From NCBI GenBank assembly GCA_036339465.1, contig JAYZAY010000074.1:1-36804 (forward strand): a stretch of 36,804 nt of DNA, written 5' to 3'. Positions 28,179-35,578 of this stretch are shown piece after piece. The notes under the pieces were generated by a model. It was given only the letters and a program-made list of their open reading frames with translations. It was not told the origin of the DNA and did not search any database. This DNA comes from Myxococcota bacterium. Lineage in GTDB: Bacteria; Myxococcota; XYA12-FULL-58-9; JABJBS01. The translations under genes were made by a program, and so were the position numbers. Each line of letters begins with the position of its first letter. The first letter of the stretch is position 1.

Positions 28179-29465
28179 ATGATAATGTCACAGATGGTAC
28201 TTCTTTTGGCTTTGAGTACCGTTGGGTATGGAGCAGAAGACTCTCTTTTATTGGAATCAGCAGAGAATGGGGAAAGGGCTTCCATGGGGAGGGAGCCGGA
28301 GTCTGAATCCCAAGAAAATGGGGAGGCTGCGGAGGAACTATGGCAGTCAGAAAGGGCCGATGACAATGGTGCGGCCGAATCGAAGGCGGCTGAAACGAAA
28401 GAGCAAGAGTCTTCCTCTACTTCGGAGAAGAGCGGTGTTGCTGCAAGTGAGGTTCCTGAGCAAGAAGGTGATTCGAAGGAGGAGTCAGAAAGGGAAGAAG
28501 AGACGCACTCTGGAGAAGTTGATGCCGCTTGGGAGGAGGAAGAACCAGCGGTTTCAAAAGGTTCGAATGTTTCTGATGTGAAGGGAGCCCCCGCTTTAGG
28601 GGAGCCACTTGGTCCCATAAAAAGGGAAAGTGAAAATACGAACCCAACCGTAAAAGACTCAGCAGGAAATGCGGTTGGTGCTGCTCCTCAAAATATTGGA
28701 GGAGCCCAAGGCGCAGCTTCGGAACTTCAATCGCAGGAGTCGGCTAAGTCGGCTAAAGTGTCTGAAAAGGATGGGCCTTATGAGAAGGCAGTGACACAGG
28801 ATGGGGTGGGTGCAAAAGAACTCTCTGTACCGGGAGCCTATGGTTGGGGGTTGGGTCTAAGTTTTCCTATTTCGGGGCCTGTTGCTGGGCTTGGCTCAGA
28901 CAGTCGTCCCGGGGCGGGTTATCACTTAGGTGGTGTTTTGTCGCTAGAAGTGATTCCCCGTTTCGAATTACGCTTGGGAGTTCACCAGACAGGGACCTAC
29001 GGGGGACGAGCCACCATTCACTATGCGGATGGGAATACGGAGCGGTTTTCTCGCGTTGATTCGGAATGGATTGATATAGTCGTCATGGGCGGCGTCGCTT
29101 ATTTACATCGAGACTTGGATTGGCCATGGATTCCATTTTTTGGATTTGATTTTGGCCTAAGTTTCCATGGCTATTATTATGAGTTGCCATCGGAACTCTC
29201 TACATTGCCCGCCAACGACACCGCCACTCAGTTTTTGGAAGGCGGACAAGATGGCTTAACTCTTGGTTGGCGAGCAACTTTTCGGGTGGGAGGGAGGCTG
29301 AGCTTAACGAAATGGCTAGAAACAAGTTTGGAGTTCGCGATTGACTATACCTCACTTACGGACGAGGAGCCTGTAAGCAATACGGTGGTGGGTCGAAAGG
29401 TGCAGACTTTGGGTGAGGATGTATTCCTGTTTAGATTGGTTTTTGCCGTGTGGATGGGTGTATGA
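28179..29465 (+). CDS. Outer-membrane beta-barrel protein with a long acidic disordered N-terminus
   Basis: Signal-like leader, about 190 aa rich in E/S/A, then alternating beta-strand pattern (IPFFGFDFGL, FRVGGRL, terminal FRLVFAVWMGV). Confidence 0.65.
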   Translation: MIMSQMVLLLALSTVGYGAEDSLLLESAENGERASMGREPESESQENGEAAEELWQSERADDNGAAESKAAETKEQESSSTSEKSGVAASEVPEQEGDSKEESEREEETHSGEVDAAWEEEEPAVSKGSNVSDVKGAPALGEPLGPIKRESENTNPTVKDSAGNAVGAAPQNIGGAQGAASELQSQESAKSAKVSEKDGPYEKAVTQDGVGAKELSVPGAYGWGLGLSFPISGPVAGLGSDSRPGAGYHLGGVLSLEVIPRFELRLGVHQTGTYGGRATIHYADGNTERFSRVDSEWIDIVVMGGVAYLHRDLDWPWIPFFGFDFGLSFHGYYYELPSELSTLPANDTATQFLEGGQDGLTLGWRATFRVGGRLSLTKWLETSLEFAIDYTSLTDEEPVSNTVVGRKVQTLGEDVFLFRLVFAVWMGV

Positions 29466-30895
29466 GGACTGATGCTATATGCATTGTTGTCGACGTGGCC
29501 CGTGAATCTCTTCCTCAAAAGTTGGGTGAGATTCTAGGGGATGCCTATCAGGTCTATAGTTTCTCAGAGCCATCTTCTTTTTTGAGTGCCTGCATTTCTC
29601 AAGCACCGGTGATCGGTATTTTGGATGGAAGTGTTTTAGAAGATGTCGGTGCCTTTCTTGAGTTGGCAGGGCATTTACCTCAGATTCGTCAAATGGGTTT
29701 GATGCTTATGAATACCGATGAGGAGGTGCTTGATAGGGAGAGTCATTTTCTTCGGGTTGTTCCGGTTGAACCCGATTGCCATAAGCTCGCGAGCAAAATT
29801 CTAACCCTACATTCAGATATGACTGCCCGTGGAAAACAGTCTTCTGGTCTTGGTGTGAGGGGGGCTATCAAGGGAGTGAGCGTCGTTGATATTTTGCAAT
29901 TGTTGTACAATTCGAGACAGAGCGTCGATTTAGAGTGTTTTGGTGATTCAGGTCTTTTGGGTAGTCTGTCTCTTGCGGATGGTGAGTTCAAAGGAGCTTG
30001 TTTGAGGGGCGCGACAGGCTTGAAGGCAGCCATGCGTTTGATTGTTTCAAATGAAGTTGTGCAAGTCACGATGAATCCGGGACGTGCTAATGGAGCTCTT
30101 TGTGATGCTCCCGCGATTCCCCAGTTGGTTATGATGGCTATGCAAGCGGAGGATGAATTGGCCCACCTGGCATCGGAATGGGATTTGAATTCAAACGTTT
30201 TAGTGCGATGCGAATTGAAGCCCGACCCTCATGAGGTGATTGGCAATGATATTTGGGAAATGTTGGTTTTGCCGATGCCTCTCGGAACGCTGTTAGACAG
30301 GTCTATTTACTCTGATTTACAAGTGATCTCTGCGATTCGTGCGATGTTGGCCAAAGGTTTTATTCAGTTTGAGAAAGGGAATATCGAGACCGAATGGGTG
30401 CTTAAGGCTGGAGTTATCGAAAATTTCAAGGAACGATTACAGGTATTACCTCTCTCTGAAGCTTCTAAGCAGTTTCCGAGAGTGGCAGTTGTTGCGGCAA
30501 CCTCGACAAGTCTGCAAAGGCTCTTTTGCTATTTAGAACATTCGTCTTTTTCGACTTCACATGAATCCCCGGTTTCTCTGAATTCCGATTTCTTTTCGTC
30601 TACGCTGGTTCTTGATTCACAATTGCAACTGGAATGGATCGGGATGGTTTGGAAGTCGGAGTTAGAAGGGGCTCTACGGTTTATTTTGGAAGGCGCTATA
30701 GGAGCTCTACTTTTGGCGCCTAAACAGGGAGAAGACCAGAGCCCGGAGACCTTGGGCTGGCCAATCGATATTCACCAAATCACTCCCTTTCGGGTTATTC
30801 AGTTAGATGAAAATCTATTGGAACAAGAAATTATCGAGGAATGCTTGAAGCAAACAGCAACCCTTGTCAGAGAAGGTGAGGTTGAGGCTAAGTGA
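29462..30895 (+). CDS. Receiver-like + DUF4388 domain protein with a degenerate small-GTPase-like C-terminus
   Basis: N-terminal REC-like pattern (IVVD...P..GILD), DUF4388 signature G.I...SVVDILQLL....QS..L.....G.L.L.DGE...A, C-terminal VAVV...LQLEWIG...EGAIGALLL. Confidence 0.7.
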   Translation: MRTDAICIVVDVARESLPQKLGEILGDAYQVYSFSEPSSFLSACISQAPVIGILDGSVLEDVGAFLELAGHLPQIRQMGLMLMNTDEEVLDRESHFLRVVPVEPDCHKLASKILTLHSDMTARGKQSSGLGVRGAIKGVSVVDILQLLYNSRQSVDLECFGDSGLLGSLSLADGEFKGACLRGATGLKAAMRLIVSNEVVQVTMNPGRANGALCDAPAIPQLVMMAMQAEDELAHLASEWDLNSNVLVRCELKPDPHEVIGNDIWEMLVLPMPLGTLLDRSIYSDLQVISAIRAMLAKGFIQFEKGNIETEWVLKAGVIENFKERLQVLPLSEASKQFPRVAVVAATSTSLQRLFCYLEHSSFSTSHESPVSLNSDFFSSTLVLDSQLQLEWIGMVWKSELEGALRFILEGAIGALLLAPKQGEDQSPETLGWPIDIHQITPFRVIQLDENLLEQEIIEECLKQTATLVREGEVEAK

Positions 30896-30900
30896 TTACC

Positions 30901-31350
30901 TTAATCCAGCAGCAGGACCTGTAGTTTTGTTTTTCCGATCAGAATTGAGTCTCCACTTTGGAGCTGTCGTGAATTGACGTTTTGCCCATTAATTTGGGTT
31001 CCATTGGTGCTCGCGAGATCAATAATTCCAATTCCCGAGTTGTCAAAAAATACCATAGCGTGGGCTCTGGATATGGAGTTATCAGAAAAAATCATGTCCG
31101 GAGCTCTCTCAAAAGACGCGGGGCTTGGGGGCGTCGAAGGACTGGTCGTTGGGGCCTTCTCCTGGAGAAGATCCTGAACGATGGTGTTTGCTTGTCCATC
31201 TAACACCCGGTTACCGTCTCGATCGATGAGAGCAGTCTCGGATTCTGAGAGGTGTCTTCCTACGAGTCGGCATGAACCCTGCTCGATGCTCATTTTATCC
31301 CCGTGGTTGGGGCCTTCTAGTACAAGGATTAAGGCTTGTTTTGTTGCCAT
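30901..31350 (-). CDS. Stand-alone FHA domain protein
   Basis: VGR ... DNSISRAHA ... DLASTNGT.ING ... L.SGD.I.IG. Confidence 0.9.
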   Translation of the reverse strand: MATKQALILVLEGPNHGDKMSIEQGSCRLVGRHLSESETALIDRDGNRVLDGQANTIVQDLLQEKAPTTSPSTPPSPASFERAPDMIFSDNSISRAHAMVFFDNSGIGIIDLASTNGTQINGQNVNSRQLQSGDSILIGKTKLQVLLLD

Positions 31351-31647
31351 TTACCCGACCTCACATGTTGAGATTTCGTCTAATAAACAGGCGTTTATCT
31401 CGGAATGGGTTTGAATGCTAGTCATTGCGATGAGCTCAGGTCGTAATTGAGTGCAGTCCCTCAATCTCTTCCTGGCAGGGCGATCGAGTTCTGGATGTTG
31501 ACTTGGTTTGGGAGTTTTGCTCGAAGCGGGGAATGAGAAGAAAAAAAGAGCGAAGCAGAAGAGATTCAAGTACAAGACATTGAAGCTGAGAACCAGGAAA
31601 TTGCGCGTGAGTTTTTCTCCCGAGAAATTCAGTACCTTAGAAGACAC
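31351..31647 (-). CDS. Small hypothetical membrane/secreted protein (start uncertain)
   Basis: Hydrophobic stretch LYLNLFCFALFFFSF; its stop codon directly abuts the FHA ATG; no family recognised. Confidence 0.35.
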   Translation of the reverse strand: MSSKVLNFSGEKLTRNFLVLSFNVLYLNLFCFALFFFSFPASSKTPKPSQHPELDRPARKRLRDCTQLRPELIAMTSIQTHSEINACLLDEISTCEVG

Positions 31648-31834
31648 GCAATCAGCTCAAAAATCACCGGGGAGACGAGGTCGGGGTGAAAAACACTCGA
31701 AAAATAGCTGGCTGGAGTCTCGACCAACGTGTTCCTCTGAGCACCCGACCTATGGAACTCGTTGGAATTCGACAGCCTAGCCATTGGAGGTTTGTCCGGT
31801 TGTAACCGGCGCAGGTTAGTGCTAGGTGCGCGCC

Positions 31835-32110
31835 ATGTATCTCGGAAGAGTAACAGGAACGGTTGTTGCTACCCAACGGATCTCGGGTTTGGAGGCGGCT
31901 AAGTTTATGCTCGTAGAACCACTCGATGAAGATGGCGAAGGTCTAGGGTATTCTGAAGTGGCGGTAGATACCGTTCAAGCTGGACCTGGTGATCTTGTTT
32001 ATTTAGTGGGATCGCGAGAAGCTGCTTTGGCGCTTGAGCCGACATTTGTACCGGTTGATGCGGCTATCGTGGGAATTGTCGATGACCTAAATCGCGTGGT
32101 GACATCATGA
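31835..32110 (+). CDS. Bacterial microcompartment vertex protein (BMC-P, EutN/CcmL family)
   Basis: MYLGRVTGTVVAT, VAVDTVQAGPGD.V, GSREA, PVDAAIVGIVD. Confidence 0.95.
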   Translation: MYLGRVTGTVVATQRISGLEAAKFMLVEPLDEDGEGLGYSEVAVDTVQAGPGDLVYLVGSREAALALEPTFVPVDAAIVGIVDDLNRVVTS

Positions 32111-32385
32111 TGATCGCAAGAGTCATTGGTAATGTTGTGGCGGCTGCTCAGCATTCAGCTTTCGATGCCCGGAAACTGATGCTCGTTCGTCCTGAATCTC
32201 CGGATACTGCGAGGGCGGGTCCAGCGATCATAGCCATTGATGAAATCGGTGCAGGTCCGGGTGAACGCGTATTGGTGATGCGCGAGGGTAATGGAGTTCG
32301 GCAGATTTTGGGGAGTGATAAGTTGCCCATTCGGTCGGTTATTGTGGGAATTGTCGATGAGATAAGTCATACGCTTAAGCGTTAA
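32107..32385 (+). CDS. Bacterial microcompartment vertex protein (BMC-P, EutN/CcmL family)
   Basis: MIARVIGNVV, IAID.IGAGPGERVLV..EG, PIRSVIVGIVD; ATGA overlap with the previous gene. Confidence 0.94.
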   Translation: MMIARVIGNVVAAAQHSAFDARKLMLVRPESPDTARAGPAIIAIDEIGAGPGERVLVMREGNGVRQILGSDKLPIRSVIVGIVDEISHTLKR

Positions 32386-32412
32386 TGTTGAGTAAGCAGG
32401 AGAGAGGATTCT

Positions 32413-33096
32413 ATGCCTGTGCCTAGGCGCCAGTGGGAAGTTGATATTGTTCGATATTCGGGACTTTTACATTCCCGTGGTTGGGTTGCTAACCATGATG
32501 GGAATATTTCGATTAAATTGGACTCAAATAGGTTTTTGATAACGCCTACGGGCACTTCGAAAAGCGACGTGGAACGAGGCAATCTTCTGATTGTGGATAA
32601 GGCGGGCAAGAGAATCGGGGGTAAGGCGCGCTCTTTCAGTGAATTGAATCTTCATTTGTACGCGTATACCGTGAGGCCAGATATCCGAGTTGTGATGCAT
32701 GCGCATCCGCCTTCTGCTACGGGGTTCGCAGTAGCGGGACACCAAATCCATACGAGAATGATGGCGGAACCCGTGGTCTCTCTCGGTGCAGAGATACCCA
32801 TGGTTCCCTACACTAGCCCGAAAACTCCGGAGTCGTCATTAGTATTAGAAGGTGCTTTAAGTGTCGCAAATGCGTTGCTTCTTGAAAATCATGGTGTCAT
32901 GAGCGTGGGCCCGGATCTAGAGACTGCCTACCTTCGAATGGAACTGGTGGAGCACCTCGCCAAGATTCAAGTGGTCGCTCATCAGCTCGGAGGTGTGCGT
33001 TTGATTCCGGAAGAAGATGTGCAAATTTTATTGGAGTCCCATAGAGCTTCTGGGCTGCACCCGAGTGGTTCTTTAGGGCTGAGTCGAGCGGGATAG
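32413..33096 (+). CDS. Class II aldolase/adducin family protein
   Basis: DGNIS, ITPTG, SE..LH, HAHPP, LLENHG metal-binding motifs. Confidence 0.92.
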   Translation: MPVPRRQWEVDIVRYSGLLHSRGWVANHDGNISIKLDSNRFLITPTGTSKSDVERGNLLIVDKAGKRIGGKARSFSELNLHLYAYTVRPDIRVVMHAHPPSATGFAVAGHQIHTRMMAEPVVSLGAEIPMVPYTSPKTPESSLVLEGALSVANALLLENHGVMSVGPDLETAYLRMELVEHLAKIQVVAHQLGGVRLIPEEDVQILLESHRASGLHPSGSLGLSRAG

Positions 33097-33103
33097 GTGA
33101 GTG

Positions 33104-34024
33104 ATGCAAGATATCTACATCGATGGTTTGGTAAACGAAATAACGGCCAGAGTTAAACAGCGGCTTAACGGAGAAAAACCCAGTGACGCTCCATGTGTTG
33201 CAGGGCAACCAGGTCCGGAGTGCGAGAGTTGTCAGGGGTGCCATGTTCAACGAGCCGATGATGTCCGAGATATCATTCAAATTGGTGCTTCAAGAATTGG
33301 AGCAGGCCCAGGCAATGTTCGTCCGGATTCGGATTTAGCGGGCTATATCGATCACACTCTTCTCAAGCCGGAAGCCAGTAGAGAGGAATTGCGGCTATTT
33401 TGTGAAGAAGCGCTGAAATTCGGATTTGCATCGGTTTGTGTGAATGCCTCGAATATTAAATATTGTGCGAGTCTTCTGCAAGGTTCTAATGTTTTGCCAA
33501 TCGCTGTGGTGGGCTTTCCACTAGGGGCGATGACTCCTTCGGCGAAGGGGTTTGAGGCAAGGGAAGCAGTACGCAATGGTGCCAAGGAAATCGATATGGT
33601 GATTAATATCGGCGGACTTAAATCTAAGGATTACTCACTGGTTCTGGAAGATATTGCTTCCGTTGTGGGCGCGGCCCAGGCTATGCCGGTTAAGGTTATC
33701 TTGGAGAATGCGTCTCTTACTCGAGATGAGAAGGTCATTGGTTGTGTACTTTCTAAGATTGGTGGGGCCGCATTTGTCAAGACTTCCACCGGATTTGGTG
33801 TAGGGGGGGCAACAACTGAGGACGTTGGTTTAATGCGCGAAATAGTCGGTAAGCACATGGGGGTCAAAGCCAGCGGCGGCGTGAGAACTACGGAAGACGC
33901 AAAAAAAATGATTGAGGCTGGTGCTACCAGAATCGGGGCAAGTGCCTCGGTGCAAATTGTTACTACCGGAGCTGGTACCAATAAAGCCAAGAAATCGAGT
34001 AGGCTCGTGGGTGGGGGATACTAG
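33104..34024 (+). CDS. deoC: Deoxyribose-phosphate aldolase with an N-terminal encapsulation-peptide-like / Cys-rich extension
   Basis: IDHTLLKP, VVGFPLG, EIDMVINIG, KVILE, FVKTSTGF, VKASGGVR, GATRIGAS; about 75 extra N-terminal residues. Confidence 0.95.
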   Translation: MQDIYIDGLVNEITARVKQRLNGEKPSDAPCVAGQPGPECESCQGCHVQRADDVRDIIQIGASRIGAGPGNVRPDSDLAGYIDHTLLKPEASREELRLFCEEALKFGFASVCVNASNIKYCASLLQGSNVLPIAVVGFPLGAMTPSAKGFEAREAVRNGAKEIDMVINIGGLKSKDYSLVLEDIASVVGAAQAMPVKVILENASLTRDEKVIGCVLSKIGGAAFVKTSTGFGVGGATTEDVGLMREIVGKHMGVKASGGVRTTEDAKKMIEAGATRIGASASVQIVTTGAGTNKAKKSSRLVGGGY

Positions 34025-34150
34025 TTCCTCCTGGCTAACCTTAAGCCAATGTATCTCTGTTTCTGCTTTTCTTTTCTAACCCTATCTTGCCACCCTATGG
34101 GTACCCTAACTTCTGGATTGTTAAATGAAAACTCGCGATATAGGAACATT

Positions 34151-34915
34151 ATGTCAAAGAAACCCCAAAAACACGAAAATCTAAACACGCATGTATACGG
34201 CAGACATGCCTGTATCAGTCACCTTAGACACTCCAGGGCTTCTGTTTCGGAGGTTATCGTTACTCCCGAGACCGTCGGTTCACCTTTTGGAGATACCCTA
34301 AGAGCTTTATTGGCCGAGGGCAAGTTCAGCTTAGCGAAGATGGGGAGAAGAGAATTAACCGAATATCTCGGTCACGATAATCATCAAGGAATCGTATTAA
34401 AGCTTCGTGAGGGTTTTAGCTATTCCGATTTTGATGACGTTTTAGGAAAAATGACCGACACAAACCTCCGACCCATTCTCTTTTTGGATCGTGTCCAGGA
34501 TCCTCGTAACTTAGGTGCAATTATCAGGAGCGCCTGTGCTTTCGACTTCGCAGCGGTCGTCATTCAGAAGGATAGAGCAACCGAAGTTACTGGAGTCACG
34601 CTCAAAACCGCAGCCGGTACTGCTTCCATGATTCCAATTTGTCGGGTTACAAATCTTGGGCGCGCCATGGACCTCGCCAAAGCCGCTGGTTTTTGGTTTG
34701 TTGGCGCGGATGGGAACGGCGTCAATCTAGATCGACAAGAGCAGTTTCCTAGCCCGATGGCACTGATCATTGGCTCGGAGGGCGAAGGAATTCGGCAAAA
34801 GCTAAAGGAACGTTGTGACTTTCTTGTCCGCATTCCAATGGCCCAATCCGTCGAGTCTCTCAATGCTTCCGTTGCCGCAGCGATTCTCTGTTATGAACTG
34901 CGGAAACAGAGTTAA
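34151..34915 (+). CDS. rlmB: 23S rRNA Gm2251 2'-O-methyltransferase (SpoU family)
   Basis: YGRH, HQG, LDRVQDPRNLGAIIRSA, GSEGEG, IPM...ESLNASVA. Confidence 0.92.
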   Translation: MSKKPQKHENLNTHVYGRHACISHLRHSRASVSEVIVTPETVGSPFGDTLRALLAEGKFSLAKMGRRELTEYLGHDNHQGIVLKLREGFSYSDFDDVLGKMTDTNLRPILFLDRVQDPRNLGAIIRSACAFDFAAVVIQKDRATEVTGVTLKTAAGTASMIPICRVTNLGRAMDLAKAAGFWFVGADGNGVNLDRQEQFPSPMALIIGSEGEGIRQKLKERCDFLVRIPMAQSVESLNASVAAAILCYELRKQS

Positions 34916-34990
34916 TGCCCCAAGTACGATCGAGAATCTACAAAACCACGATATCAGCCCAACACAAAAGAGCAGCACCAAGTTTTTTCC

Positions 34991-35027
34991 TTGACTTGGG
35001 ATATTGCCCTCCTTATAACCCGCCGGT
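34991..35027 (+). promoter_or_regulatory. Sigma70 promoter with GC-rich discriminator for the tRNA-tuf operon
   Basis: TTGACT (34991-34996), 17-nt spacer, TATAAC (35014-35019), then CCGCCGG. Confidence 0.75.
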
Positions 35028-35206
35028 CTCGCGGGGCGAAGATAACCGGACAGCCACATGGTGACGGTAACTCAGCTCCAAGGGAACCGAAACCGGCTAA
35101 TCTCTGTCTGATAACTCGGAAAGCCGGGTTCTGAGTTGGAAAGTAGTTGGTGTAAAAAACGAAAATACACTGTGATTAAACATAGTAATAAGTAGATACA
35201 ATGGCT

Positions 35207-35291
35207 GGAGGGGTGCCCGAGTGGTTAAAGGGGGCGGACTGTAAATCCGTTGGCATAGCCTACGATGGTTCAAATCCATCTCCCTCCACCA
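35207..35291 (+). tRNA. tRNA-Tyr(GTA)
   Basis: GGAGGGG/TCCCTCC acceptor stem, GCGGA-CTGTAAA-TCCGT anticodon arm, long variable arm, GGTTCAAATCC, encoded CCA. Confidence 0.97.
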
Positions 35292-35297
35292 GTGGAT

Positions 35298-35373
35298 GCG
35301 GGAATAGCTCAGTTGGTAGAGCATTAGCCTTCCAAGCTAAGGGTCGCGAGTTCGAACCTCGTTTCCCGCTCCA
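35298..35373 (+). tRNA. tRNA-Gly(TCC)
   Basis: GCGGGAA/TTCCCGC acceptor stem, TTAGC-CTTCCAA-GCTAA anticodon arm, GTTCGAAC, CCA. Confidence 0.97.
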
Positions 35374-35427
35374 AGCCTCCAGCCGTTGGCTTCCACGAAC
35401 AACAAGGATTGAGTTAAGACACTGGAT

Positions 35428-35503
<76 letters not shown>

Positions 35504-35578
35504 CGGATCGAGTCACTAGGCAAATGCCAGGATTCGTAGCAAACAACTAGCGCACTACGAGGCGCGGGAGATAGAAAG

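Noticed and set aside
31508..31780. Lys/Arg-rich 90-aa + strand ORF
   Set aside because: Its composition is the mirror of the Phe/Leu-rich minus-strand ORF; no family signal.
34049..34150. Lipoprotein-like N-terminal extension of rlmB
   Set aside because: Arises from a pyrimidine-rich intergenic tract; RlmB is cytoplasmic and ATG 34151 follows AGGA.
35022..35098. Possible degenerate tRNA-Thr (GCCGGT...ACCGGC ends about 76 nt apart)
   Set aside because: No anticodon or T stems, no TTC motif, and the 5' end overlaps the promoter discriminator.
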